Source: Amphiscolops sp. MND2022 (lineage: Eukaryota). From it: DNA of 64,000 nucleotides. The translations under genes were made by a program, and so were the position numbers. Position 1 is the stretch's first letter. Each line of letters begins with the position of its first letter. The DNA lies in contig OZ076409.1 in assembly GCA_964187785.1 (NCBI GenBank), forward strand, positions 48,052,001-48,116,000, in the 5' to 3' direction. Below are positions 38,148-52,039 of the stretch, in pieces. The notes below the pieces were generated by a model. It worked only from the letters and a program-made list of their open reading frames with translations, ran no database searches and was not told the DNA's origin.

Positions 38148-38389
38148 AGACTAAATGTACATAGTGTACATTTATTCTGTAAACTTGTATCAGTTGTTCT
38201 TTTTTTTATTTACTATCATGTTTTGTTCATTTGTGTAGTAGGTCATCTTTCTCGGGCGTCTATTGTACTTTTCGTCTCTTTGTCCTATTGCTGACATTTT
38301 AATTTATATGTAATCCGAACAGTCCCACGAAAAAATACATGTCTGTTCATCAAGCAAATTGCGACATTAATTAATTTATTTTCTGGGCG

Positions 38390-41300
38390 ATATCTGTATT
38401 CATCGGTAAAGTTGGGGGTGGGGTATGGTCGAAAATTGTTTTTCCCTCCTCTAGAGCTTGAAATTTCTTCATTCATTTAGCGAGGACGTCACGTCTCGGC
38501 TGCTGGCCGGTCTTGGCTTTAGTCCATTTTCAGTGACGTCTTTTTCAGTTCTTTCGCTGCTGCGTTCAACTTCGTGTGCGGTATTGAAGTCGTCTTGCGG
38601 TATTAAATTATCCCGTCGTCGGACTGTAATTTCTCTCCAGAACATATTTCCTCTAAGGGCGTGTTTGGGACAAATGTTTTCAGTCTAATGATGTGTAATA
38701 TTTGCTTTTTGTTAGTATTTACTCGACGCACTATACAATTGTCGTTCGACAGGACTTTTGGAATGACAAAGAGCCAATCCATCGGTTGTCTCTAAACGGA
38801 ATTGCGATCCGTGGTTGTCTGCTTTAGGTTGTAGGATAAAACAAAAATCATTTTCTTTAAGCGGAGCAGCTTTGGCTTTTCGGTCATAATAGTCCTTGTA
38901 CTTTAAGTACGACTGCATGATTGTTTTCTTTGTATCGTCAATCAGTATTTGGGTCCTTTGCTGTATTTCATCCGCAAATTCAGTCGTTGGCAGAAAATCT
39001 TTATAAGGACCAATTCCTATTTTGTAATCTAGAGCGTTGTAGAGTATGCGTTGATGGTGTATGAATGTTTTGTCATGATATCAATTATCACTTTGGCTAC
39101 AATAGTAGCTGTCGCTTGAATGAGTGGGTAGGTGAAAAGGTATTTTGAGAAAACATCAATTGCTGTCATTACTATCTAGTATCCGCCGCTGGTAGGTAAA
39201 TTCGGCAGTAAATCGATTTGCATGGCATCTTCTGGACCAAGGTCCCATCCAGGCAAATTGAGCAATTCAGGCGTTATTGCGTTGTTTGGGACGCTCTGGC
39301 CTTGGCGCACGTTTTGTAGCCTTCAACCCATCTTTTGACGTGTTTTGCTATTCCTGGGTAGTAATGTTTTTGTCGATTTTCCTGTAACTTTTTGGATATG
39401 CCAGGGTGTTTGTGTGCCGTGCCATGTAGGGCAAGTAGTTTTTCTTTCAAAAATTGTTTAGACCCTAATATTTGATGCTATTTAATTTGTCCTGTTTCGT
39501 CTTAGTACTGTCGTGTCAGTACGTTGTTCTTGAGTATTATGCGGTCATTGTAGTTCAATTTATGTTTGTACCAAATGTGCTGTTTAAGAATTTCCTCAGA
39601 ACATTCTTCTTTCTGCATTTTCGCTTTGAGTTCAAGCAGAATTTGGTCTCTAGCTTGTTCCAACAGTATTTGGTTGGTTCGTCGTAACTCCTGAGTGAAA
39701 CTGATAATTTCATTCACGTTGTTCTAGAATATGGCGTCTATTTGTATTACGGTCTTGTCGACCGTATGTCCCTTTATGGACAATTTCTTGCGCTCCCAAA
39801 TCTGTTCTTCTGTTTCAACATCCTCTTCAGTGAAGAACACTTTCTCTTCTCCTGAACGCCGGCTGATTGGACATTTATATCAATGGGTCTAGTTTCAACA
39901 TCTCGTATTTTTAGGATCATTTTTTTGGTAGGATTCATTTCCATACGGAAAGGTAGTCCGCCGCTGTGTTATTTTTGCCTGGAATGTGGGCTATGATAAA
40001 ATTGAATTGTATCAAAATATCGCAAGCATTCCAAAGTGGCGGTGGTGTGATTTTTGAATAGAATAACCTAGTGACCGATTTGTTATCTGTGAGGATATTT
40101 GTTGCATTTGGTGTTCCACAGAAAGTGTGTCCTTGAAGGCGTAAAATATTGCTAAGAATTCTTTTGCACATACCGACAATTTCAGCTGGAAGGAGGTAAA
40201 TACTTTGGCTCCATAGGCTATAGGCGCATAAGGACTTTTTGACAGACGTGAACTTTTGATTCAAGTCATCTTCAGTCAGAATGGCATATCCGGTTGCCGT
40301 AAAACTTGCGTCTGACATTAACTTGCGTCTGACATTAAGACCAGTTGAAAATTTGGCAGTGGTTGCTTTAAGGCCAGCTGGCTAAACCTGTCCAGGTCCT
40401 GATTGATCTCGTTAAGTTGTTGTACTTTTTCCGTGGTCACTCAAACTTTCTAGTCCTTTTTAAGGAGTTCGAAGAATAGTACCAGTTTTTCTGATATTCT
40501 TGGAATGTAGTTCCTCTAGACCTTGAGGAAACCAAGATATCGTTGCAAGGCTTTCTTGGACTTCGAAAAATTTGTTTCCTCCAATAAGTTAGTGATTCTT
40601 TCTTTTTGGGCTTTGACACTTTCTGGGGTGATAGTTTTCCCCAAAAATTCAATTTCAGTTGCCCTGAAATAGCACTTGTGCATTGTTAAGTTTAGTCAAG
40701 CTTCTCGGATGCATTCAAATGTCGCCCTCAATTGTTTGATGAGTTGATCGGCATCGTTGGCAATAATACTGATGTCCTCGACATATTGAGCGCATTGATC
40801 TGCTTTAATAACTCTGTCGAGGTATCCCCTCATGAAGCTGGAAAAAGTCGATAGGGCTCTACTGAGTCCTTGAGCCAGGTTCCTGTAGGCAAACCTTCTG
40901 CTAGCGAAAAAGAAGGCTAGCAGTTTCATAGACCGTTGGTCTGCCATTTGGAGACATTGGTAGGCCTGCAAAGCAGTCGAGTTCACAGAAAAGTTTCTTC
41001 CCGAGCATGTGTTGCGCTGCGACCGTCAAGGTACACACTGGGTGGTTATTAATTTTAATATTATCATCTGAGATAAGATCCTTGATCTTTTTCAGGTAGA
41101 CCAGCAGTCTGAGTTTTTCATTTGGCTTTTTCTGCGCAAAAATGGGGTTCCCATATTTGAAAAATGGCAGAGTTGTAAAAATGCCGTATTTATGGAGTGA
41201 CGCCATTTCAACTAATATGTCCTCCTTCAAATTGATTGGGGTAGGCAAACTTTGGCTATAAGCAAGTGAATTGTGTAAACTGATGTCAAAACTATGAAGA

Positions 41301-44300
41301 GCAAAGATGTCATAGAATTCTATCAAAAAGGATTCGATATTTTTGATTTCATGATGTTGTACCATTGAAACCTTCCAATCAATGTTGCTATGAAACTTAC
41401 GTCTAGACTCTTCGTCATCGTTTGGATTTAGTTTTTCCTCATCTTACGAGTTGCGCAGTTCTTTGAGGATTCTTTTCTGTATTGGCGTGTGGGACTCCTG
41501 GTCTCCTGGGATTTTTGGTGCCGGAAACCAATATTGTTCGTATTGGTCGTTGTTGCGATTGGCTTTGAGCAAACTACTAATGTAGTAGACTGCATTTTCC
41601 TCGTTTTCATTTAGCAGATGCCATATGGACACTGACTTGACATGTTTCATTTGCTCTAGGGTCATCACCGAGAAGTTTGCTGCGTGAAGGCCTTTTTTGA
41701 GTTTATAAGACTGATCCGTGAAGTTTTAGATTGGTTTCCCCATTGACCCTTCTAATAAGGTGACTATCCAAAAGGTCCAAAAGGTCACATCACCATCTTC
41801 ATTTAGGATGTCACTTGGTTGCAAAATCCTTGTCACACCATTTTCTGCATATAATTGGGATTGGATAGTAATGACCATCCGATCATTTAAGGAATAGTAA
41901 TAAATATCTTCAGGGCAGAATATGGGCTCCATGTCAATCGAGTATTTATGGTCAGTAAATTTTTCAATTGAATTGAAAAACTTGGGAAACTTATGATGCC
42001 TTGTCGCATGTCCAGGACAGTGTGGTTCCTCTGTAGGAACATTAGTCCTATGATTGGACCAGTGAGTTTCTCCATCACAATGACATTTTCATGGAACTCG
42101 ATGTCCCCAACCTCGCATTACGATACATGAGCCGCATTGAACTAGCAAGGTCTTGCTATTTCGATAGACTGCCGATCACAACGCGTTACTATTTTAAAAA
42201 CTCATTACGCTTGATACTCATTGCACTATTTGAATAATCGTTTTACTAAGTGATTAAAACCGGTGGTTTAACTCGTTTACACTATTTTCATTTACGCACT
42301 TTGACTAATTTTCACTTCGCCCATCCATATGCAATTTGATTAAAATTCACTTCAGCCTGGTACACATTTTGACCAGAATACACTAGTTGATGGGTTCAGA
42401 CAGTATAAAACAATCGAACTGTGTAATTCGGGGTAACTTTGACGACATCATTGTAATACACGGAAACTTAATAATACGTTAAAAAAGTTGATTAGGTAAC
42501 CGTGTGAAACAAAACAAAAGTGATTGCTTCTTCACAACCCATTGATTTAACACATTCAATTTCGCCAAAAAATGAATTTGGTAAAATAATCGGATAGGTA
42601 AAACATTTATAAGTGTTCTGATTAATTCCGTTTCGACTATTTGCGAAATAATGAAATAGTAACGGAAACTAGCTGTAATTAAATATGTAGATTATATTTG
42701 TTTTATCTCTATTTGTCGGACAGTTCCTCTTCATAGGTTCACAAACAGTTGCATTGATGATATTTTTGATCAATAAAATCGTTGAAAATTCGCAAAACGT
42801 ATAGCTGATATATACTACATATAGTATACTTTTAAATCTTCAAGTTGTAAGTTATAATTGTGGGTATCTCGAAAATTTAATTGATTCTCTTTTACACCTT
42901 TAACGTTTTTTCTCTTGACAATGTGTAGATCATAATTGTTGTTATCTTTTTGTAGGAATGTTGCTCTTTACAGTTCGCAGAAAGTATCATTGATGATGTT
43001 TTGGATCTTTTAAAACGTTGCTCTTGACAGTCCGCAAAACGTGTAGTTGAAATTTTTGATCATAACAACAGTTGCTCTTGACAGTTCGCAAATGTACATG
43101 AATGCGACTTAGTCTGATTCCTAATTCTCTAATCTGATTGGTTAACAAAGCCTCGCGTCTCAAATATCATTGGTGTACCGATTGTCGATCGCTCAAACCC
43201 TCAGTCCCGATCATATTTATACAAAAAAGAATACGTTTTCCATGCGACTTTCACCCAGGAATGCCCCTTTATGAGGATTACTTATTGATTTATTGGGCAT
43301 ACTCAAATTTAAGGCGTAAATTGATGCAATCCTTCAACGGGGCGAGCAGGGTAAAGGACATCAGAAGAGATGTTGCCCCATCTACTCCTGCGATAATGTA
43401 CGCATTCGGCTTTCGAGACGGCACGGTGACGTAAAGTGTTAAAAACGAAGGCGCCTTATCCAATGCAAGTTGGAACACCATACTGGGGGACGAAAGGGCC
43501 AAGGTTGCGGTAGGAACAGTTGTTGTAATGTCCTTAAAGGGTAAAGAAGGTAGAAGCTGGACCCTCAACTTTAATAGGAGTATATTTGTACAAGCTACTC
43601 TCGTATCAAATGTAAACTTCAAGACCGTGCTGATTTACATTACGCATGTCGAGGAGCTTTGTTAACTGGTACATAATTTTTGTTTGATATAATTTCAATT
43701 CAATTTCTACTCCCATTTTTTTCTTTCATGATCAAACATTCTGAATATGGAAAACTTACAGTTAGATATGTCCAGGAACCGTCGTATTGGACAGCGTGCT
43801 GTGAATCGTCACTGCAACTGTGACGAGTATGAGGAGACGGTTTTGCGAACGCTCTACTTGCTTGTTTTCTCGTTTCGACTTCCACTTTACGGCCTGTGAT
43901 TAGCTCGATACAGTATGGCTACTATTAGCAGGCATACAGCGGGTATGAAGATTACGAAACTGTTTCACCATCCCATCACAGTCTGTAAAATGACAGATAA
44001 TCTTACCTTCAGCCAATGACAGTCCGTAAACTGAAAGATGAAAAAAGTTCATAAATAAACGGTGAACTAATGATAAAAGGCCCAATAAAATGAAAGATGA
44101 TCTTATAACTAGCTCATCACAGTCCGTCAAATGCAAGATAACAATTGCGTTAAAATCAAAGCGTTTAAAGTGTATTGAAGGTAGACAGACTCAAAATTTA
44201 GTTTAAGTCAATCAACTTAAACAGCGCAAAACAGTGTAAACCAATCAAACGATAGTGTAAGTCGACCGAGTTAAGCAACGTAAAACGGTCAAAGTTGTTA

Positions 44301-45480
44301 CAGAGTGAATTCAAAATTGAAGCGTTAGCACGAATTTGTCTAGTAATTTTGAATTGGTGTAAAGTAGTCAAACTTTGACTACTATCCGTTTTTTGAGGAG
44401 AATAATTTTTAAGTTTGTCAAAAAGTGAATTCAAGTTAACGTTTGACTGATTTACACTTGACACAACTCCCTGACTGGAAAACACTTTTTACGAATTACA
44501 CTTAATGATTGAAATTCGTGATACTGCATTTTACTGCTTGACTGAAATACGCAAAAAAGTAGCTAATACACGTTACACTCCTTGACTAAAATACGGTTAG
44601 AGATTATTTTACGCCGAAGTTATACTACACCTGATGATAAAAATTTACTTTTGCGACTCATGTATTGTTAAGCGAATTTTGAATCAACGGTGCTTTTTGA
44701 AGTTTGCAGTTGACAATTTGCGACCATGATTTGGAAGGTTGGGGCTGGTCCCTCCTTCACTGTGGATTGTGTGGCGAGATGGCGTTTTTTCTTGAGGTCA
44801 ACCTCTCGTATCGCACTTCAAAGGGCCAATGTGTCTATGAGGCCGTCAATAGTTAATTCTCCAAAATCCATTAGGAATAATAACATCCGTCTTTTATATT
44901 TGTTTATATCCGTCCGAGGTTTGTTGATAAGGGTATATATGATGGCTCACCTTTTTTGCGACTAAGACATGGAGGCTTTGTCCTTCCTGGTCTTCTTCAT
45001 CATACTGAAATTCCTGTGTTTCTTCCATGGTAGTTGGTTCAAGATTTGGCTGTCAAACCTCGTTGAGGGCCCTGGATAATTTGTTGTCTTCAATCACAGG
45101 GTCATCCACGTCGTCTGTCGGAATGTAATCATCACGACGGAATTCTAAGGTCATTTGTTCATACAGGGAATCATCCCAGTATGTATGTGTTCCGTACTCG
45201 GGGTCAAAGTAATTCAGGCCTATAATCTTCAATCAGTAGTGAAAGGCGAAATTGAGTCACAAAGGCTGCAGTATAGTCAAAGTTGTAGTATCGGTCTGGG
45301 CATAGTAGTATATCAAAAGTTTTGATATAGGCTTTTTCCATCTGTTGCTGCCAGACAACAGACGGAATACCATTGGTGTCCTTGATAAATTTGCTGAATT
45401 TAATTGTTGGGGGATCTGACGTTTTGTCGCACCGGCACAATGTCGTCATATATTTGGAGTCGTGGCAAAATTAGTTTTTT
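38390..45480 (-). pseudogene. pol: Decayed pol of copy 2, interrupted by the insertion at 42116-44672
   Basis: Many fragmentary ORFs similar to copy 1 pol (DQCAQYVED, SDASF, HIPGKNNTAADYLS, KDYYDRKAKAAPLKE). Confidence 0.9.
42116..44672. mobile_element. 2.56-kb non-autonomous TIR DNA element nested in pol, with an apparent CG duplication
   Basis: CATTACGATACATGAGCCGCA ... TGCGACTCATGTATTGTTAAG (17/21 inverted match); pol resumes in register on both sides (CCTCG|AATTT). Confidence 0.75.
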
Positions 45481-46517
45481 GTATCGGGCTTCTTTGAGTT
45501 TGATTGGCCTGAAGTGGATGTTTCAGCGTTATTGGCGTTATTGGATGTTGCTTCATCGCTTGAGGCTTCATTGGCTTTATTGTCGGGTCGGGTCCGTTTA
45601 GGAAGTAAATGAGCGCCCGCTCCCTGTCAGCATCTTTTTGTTGGGTGATTCTTTTTCCTACAGGTTTCACATTGTGGTTATGTTTGACGCTGCGGTTGCT
45701 GGCCACTTTTCTCCTCCATTTCTCTCTTCTTTTTCAATTTCGGACAGTTTTTCCAGAAGTGCCAGTAGCTTTACAATAAAAGCATTGGGCACCCTTGTTC
45801 ATTATTCCCCTGTACGGAAAACTTTCGTAAACGTTTTTCACCATTTGCATAGAAATCAGAGGGTGGAGTTGCGGTCACTGGTTGACGTTAAGCCTATAGT
45901 GGCCATTGGAATTCAGGAATTTGCCGTTGGGTGTCGGTAGCTCCTGTCACCATGTAAGGACTACGGTTTTCTCTGACTCTCAGATCATATGCAGACTTAG
46001 AGTCCTTCTTTGCTATTCCAGTTTCAGCCCAGTTGTCTTTTCCCTATTCTCATGACTATTAGAGCACTAGCTAGCCTCAGTGTCCCTATTTCCTGATGAT
46101 GACATTGAACTCACGATATAACATATTTTTGGAATGACTCTATCTAATATAGCTGAAATTGTGGCTTTGTTAAACTGAGCATGTACCATAGACATCATGA
46201 ATTCCATTTCTTGAGAAAGTCTCAGGTTAACTTCATTGGTGAAAGTTTCTCATGATACCAAAATACCCTCAAGTTTATGAACATTGTTTTCAAAATTTTA
46301 GCTTCGGAATTCAATTGTTAGGGGAAAATCTTCCCTTGGAGGTAAATAAACTCATTGTCGCTTTGAACAGATGATTCCACAATTGCACTAGCTAGTTCTC
46401 TCTCAATTGGATTGATGTTTTCACCTCCCACCATTACGTCTAGGTTATCATAGTCAAACATCAAGTCCATCTCTCTAGATCGCCTAGCTTTTGCTTTTGT
46501 CTCCTCGTAGAAGGCAT
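45471..46517 (-). pseudogene. gag: Gag remnant of copy 2 with the central region deleted
   Basis: ATG (MPSTRRQK) inside the LTR; zinc-knuckle remnants start only ~160 bp after the PBS, versus ~800 bp in copy 1. Confidence 0.75.
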
Positions 46518-47170
46518 AAAAATGGTTACAAGGGAAGAAGCAATTTAAGCCTTCATCTTGTGAAACAAAACTGGTATCAGCTGTTTAGCTGGACAATGGA
46601 TAGTTTCAACGAATTTTGTCGGGACTCAAGGTCCCCGGTATTATCATATACATTCTTGCATGACTAGCAACTTTACTGAAGTCCTAATCTTAAAACAGCC
46701 TGAAGGGCTTTCTGAAAGTAGCAGTGACTATTTTTTAGAAACAATGACGTCATGTTTATAGGTTGACGTCAAAGCAACTGCAGGCCGACACAGAAGATTA
46801 AAGGACTTGGAGGCATACCTAATATACATATATCCCTTAAGGACAAGCAACAATACAAACGAAGAACACTTCATGGATTTTTACATGTAATCATATGTTA
46901 CATGAAAAATAGTATGTGACTATCAGGCTTCACCACTTTTCAACACAACTCCTTTATTAACCAAGTTTTCTGATATATAAAGGCTACCATTTAACTATAT
47001 TGTGACATTTAATAAGCAGCGCTTTTCTGGAAATTGGGACTCAGTGTCCAATTGTTTAGAGTGGCACGCTTGCTAAGATGAATGGCCGTACTCGGCCTTT
47101 AATTCAAAAAAGTACAGCATAATTAAAAGAATGCCTCTGACCGGCCAAATTGTGAATTGGACGCGCGACA
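45953..47170 (-). repeat. 5' LTR of copy 2 (shortened at its distal end)
   Basis: Similar to 31151-32380; similarity ends at ...GCGCGACA 47170. Confidence 0.8.
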
Positions 47171-47599
47171 TTATCCAGTACTTTTTCAGGTAGATAACTG
47201 CAGTTCCTTGTTAGAAAACTGCACCAAAGTATCTCAAGCAATCAAAGGTTATCAAATCCGCACGTAAACAATCAAAGGTTATCAAATCCACACGTTTTTG
47301 ACAATTTTATGAAAACTACTAGTCAATTCATGGGCTTTTTTGAAGACAAGACTTTCCGAAATCCTGAATGTTGACATAAAAACTTTTCTGGACGCTATTC
47401 GGGAGACAAATTGGTTATTTGTGCAAAAAAAAAAGATTCCAATATGACATCAAAGGTGTCAAGCTGTCAAAGTTTTAAATTTTAACAAACGACCTAATGC
47501 TGATAATTTTCGAAAGTTTTCTTACATCATGGTAGGAAGCTACGTACACCAACAATTTATTTAAACATCAGAGCGGAGTAACAATTAAAACAAATGCTG

Positions 47600-48250
47600 A
47601 AACAAATAATAAAATGATATCCGGCCAACCTCGAATGGTTTTTGTTTTTGATGACGTTTACCAGGCGAGTCTCATACGATGAGAACAAGTTGCGAGCAAC
47701 TTCAGGGTTTATGTTGTTCCGCACTTCCGTAACCCTTTCTTCTAAATTCTCCCATGTAACAGTTTGACCTCTCAAGTTTGTTTGAAAATAATTGTCCCAT
47801 ATACTTTCAATAGGATTCAGGTCAGAACTGTACGCTGGCCATTCGAGCACCTCCCATTTCTTTTTGGCCAAAAATTTGCCAACAACTTCAGTTTTGTGTA
47901 CTGGGGCGTACTCGGCTGCTTTGCTGGGACACCAAGTGCTGTAAATACAAATGTCGATCGCATTGTTTTAAAATCTCCAAATATCCGGAACTGTTAGGAG
48001 TTGCCGGGCGTTTATTATACATTTTCCTGCTATCTGATCGAAAGGCCCCTCAAAACATCATAGATCTTTTGTCTGTGCTCAGTCCGTGGATGCCTTTGGG
48101 GCAAAAGCGACTACCACTTTACCTAAGCACTCGCACAACGCAGTCACTATTCAAGCGCACACGGGTTTTTTTTGAGATTACAAGGTTTTCCCAGAAGCTG
48201 AGTTTCAATCCAGTCAAAACTCTGAACAAAAAATCAAAATTTCGAGTGAA
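47600..48250 (-). pseudogene. Tc1/mariner transposase remnant
   Basis: WEVLEWPAYSSDLNPIESIW matches the Tc1 WPxxSPDLNPIE motif. Confidence 0.8.
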
Positions 48251-50274
48251 AAAAAAACAATAAAGTTTCAGGCCTTGAAGTCTTCCCAAAATGTTTAAAT
48301 TTGGAGCTCTGGGTTGCCAGCGTGTGACCCTCACTTTTTGCTGAAAGCCAGCCGAAATGTTTAATTCGGCAACACGCTCTAGCTCTTGGGACCACGAAAA
48401 GCTCGACTGATGCCAATAAGCAACAGCAGTTTTGAAATCGCCTATTGTCTTGATCTGCGTCCACTCAACCCAACCTGTCACGTAATGTGAACAACTACGC
48501 AAGCAGTCACTCCCGACATCGCCTACATCGGGCGAGAATTCTCACAGCTTTAGCACACCACTACATGCTGTTTTCTTGAGAGGCACTCGTACACGAAATT
48601 GTTATAACCAAGACACGGCCAACAAGCTTTTAAAAAACAATGTGATTAGCATTGACAATATTCCCTTGGCACCCAAACAGTTCATCACCACAGGAAGCTA
48701 ACTGGAGATGAGAATACGATAAGCTCAGCCAAAGCTCACAAATAAGCACGAATAAAAATAAAATTCAAAAGCTCACTGTGGACAAGATCTTAACTAGCTG
48801 GAATTTAGGGTTGAGTGCTGCAGATACGCACGGAAACATTATAAATGGCAGCAGTGAACCTCTACTGAAAACAAGGTAGGTCGTTTCCGTAGGTCTTCCC
48901 TCGAGAACTGGTCTTCCTTATCAGAAATGCTCAAAAGATTGATTTTTTTTGGAAAACACTTTCATCGGTAAATCGTACAGTGTAGAAAAACCCACCCTTT
49001 GTGTTGACAAAACGCATTTTCCTTGCTAAAATCGAAGAGGGACGATTCGCTTCCAGAAAAAATTCAGAAAAAAAGTTGCACACTGCTTAAGACATCACAG
49101 TCCACAGTGCCTTTAAACATCGAAAGCCTTCATGTAGGACGAGAACCTTTGCAGATGAATAGCTGTTGGTCTTTCGGCCGCTGCATGTTTCAGATGACTG
49201 CCGCAAAAACCAACTACTCTTACCTCACCAAAGCAGGTACTTGCTTTCGTTTCATTGTCTTGGTTTGCAACATCTAAGCTAGATTCTCAGAACGGGATTA
49301 GCTTATTTTATTTGTTGACTCTCTTATCTTAAGAAATTGTATTATGACAGGTGCACTGCAACCATACCCACAAGGTCAAATTATTTCAAACAATTCCGGA
49401 AAAATATCAGTGATTAGTGGCTAAAAACAGTTCATTCTTTTCTTTTGGATAAATAGTGTTGTGTTGACGACCAAAATGGGAACAAATCCGGTCCTTGAAT
49501 TCTTTCAGATCAAACCGACCGCCAAATATTTCCAACAATCTTGAAGTGCTTACAAAATCATTTGACATGAATTAACCAGTCAGTAATCCAACAAGATTAA
49601 AAACCTGAGCAGCGGTATACTTTCCGCCCCGAACTGTTCAAGCAATGAAATACGTTTATGGCTCGAAACCAGCCATGGAAATGCAAAGAAGTTTGAAAAA
49701 CAGAGAATTTTCACAGCGTTTGATTCATCTTATCTCATTTTGAAAGGAACCCCTCTTTCTAGGAAAACGCTAAGTACCTAAATATTTTGTTGTTCAACTC
49801 TGTGGATAATACCACTACCCACGTAAGCGTTCAAAAATTGCAATCTAGATGCCAGAGATAGTTGGAAGTTGAGGAAGAAGAAAATGAAAAATGCATTTCC
49901 CGAAATACGCGGGATACGGGATTGGACGACTTTTGATTTTTGTAAGCGGTACATATCTCGACACAATATCCTTAAAGCAAGGATTAACTAAATTACAATA
50001 GTTGCAGCGGTGTGGCCACCTATGGTGGGCTCGAAGCTCTGATTTCAGAGTGATTAGCTCCAAGTCACAAAATTGTGACTGCCCGTGGTTGCCTTTTCAT
50101 TTTATATCCGCTAACTGTTCTTTTTTAAAGACCATCCTAATAAACTAAAGACTCAGATGCTGGACTGAGAAAAAAACCAACCTAAATCCATTCTAACACA
50201 TACAACTGCTGTCGAAAACACGAATTTTTGATTCCTTTTGAATAATTTTTAAAGCAAACATTTATCATCATGTT

Positions 50275-51216
50275 TTATGAATTTTAGACTTTGCTTCATG
50301 CCGTTATTTACCAGAAAACCTCTCATTTTTCATTAAGACATCATGTGTAGCATTTTTAACAGAACAATTTAGGAAGTGCAACAAAACGGAAACTTTCAAT
50401 CTTCTAAACCTAAATATTTGTGATAATTCAAAACTTCTGTTTCTTTCTTCCCTTGCATTCCTTTGAAAAATACTTCACGTTTCCCCAACTCAGTTTTTTT
50501 TCATACTAACCAAATTTTATTATCCATTTTTTGGACATTTCGTTGTTTAAAAATTGTTCAATTTCAACCTGTGAAAAGTTTACTGAAAATGTAATTTGTT
50601 GTCTTATGAATCTATTTGAATTTTCATAGAATGTCAAAAAAAAGTCGAATGTATCGAGCTATTTGGACAAACTATTTGTGATCTCTGTCTTGGAATACGT
50701 AGTGATAGCAGTATTTTAAATGTTTATATTGGTGGGTTTGTTAACGCACAAAAACATTCGAAAAAACTTTGAGTACGTTTCCAATGTTTGGGTAGTTTTG
50801 GAATTTGCGCCCTTCCTTTTTGTTGTCCGTTTGAGAATAAACTTGCCACAAAAGTATAAAAAGTGGTTCCTTTCGAATAAATTTTAGGGCAAAGTTTTAT
50901 TATCATGCATACAAAAATAAAACAGGTAGTTGAAAGATGCTTTTCAACTCATTGAAGCTTCACACCTCCAAAAACATCCCAATTTTGTTTGAAAATTTTA
51001 AAATTAACTCCCGATGTATGAATTTTAGACTTTGTTTCATGACGTTTTTTTACCAGAAAACCTCTCATTTTCCATTATTCGGACATCATATGTAGCATTT
51101 TTACAGAACAGTTCAGTAATTGCAGCGAAACGGAAACGTCCAAACCTTCTAAACGTAAATAGTTGTGATAATTCGAAACTACTGTCTCTTACTTCTCATG
51201 CATTCCTTTGAAAAAT
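50275..51216. repeat. Two diverged ~200-bp direct repeats (50275-50470 and 51017-51216)
   Basis: Shared TATGAATTTTAGACTTTG...CCAGAAAACCTCTCATTTT...TGCATTCCTTTGAAAAATA. Confidence 0.7.
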
Positions 51217-52039
51217 AACCTTGAAGTGAATAGTTAAAACGTTTGAGTTGTTCGACCTTTTTGGTCAATCTGAGGTTCTTTTTCAGCATAAAACGGCACT
51301 CTTCTCACTTACACAAAGCGTACTTCATAGCTAGTTCGTTCGTGATTGGACTATGTGAGCATTTTAACCGACGAATTTCACTAAAATTGAACCAAGGTCA
51401 ACAGTTTGAATTTTCTAGATTATTTGAATATTTTGTGGCCATGCGTCAGATTACAGTTAGAAATGCGAAAAAGTGTCATTGATTGTTATAGTAACTACCA
51501 TATCCATAAATATTACCAACTTTAAACTGTACCGTTAGTTTTCACGGCTGCTTTTGACTGGAATTCAAGTCCTGTTCAAGCGTACAATCAAATTTTAGTC
51601 TTCTTTAGAGACTGAAACGCTATTGCATTCTGATGTTTCAATATTTTGCTTTCGGTAATCTCATTAGTTCTCTGAACGCGAAACGTCAACATGTCCATGA
51701 ATCCATGAACTTCAGCAGTTATCCCGTTTTTACCTTCTGGGACCATGTGTTCAATTTCTATGAAAATAGGTCCCATAGTCCTATAAAATATTTGATGTCG
51801 AACATCGAAAACATTGACTGTCAGTTAAAAGTTTGTCATTAGATTTTATTACGGAGAAAATTTGCGTTCAAATAGGGGTCAATTTATACGATTTTAGCTT
51901 GTTCCAAACGTGGATTTCTGCTATTGTTGGACATTATTATAAAAAATATTAGGGTAAAACACGTGGTCCAATTTTTCTGCCTGAAGTGTCAAAACAGTTG
52001 CACGGACAATCCTCTAAGTATTTATATTCATATAATATT

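Larger units (their letters stand above)
31151..47170 (-). mobile_element. Old, degenerate Gypsy element (copy 2, diverged subfamily) with the same four-gene architecture
   Basis: LTRs 31151-32640 and 45953-~47170, same PBS, decayed gag/pol, antisense BED-finger gene and accessory ORF; flanks CTATC/TTATC. Confidence 0.9.
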
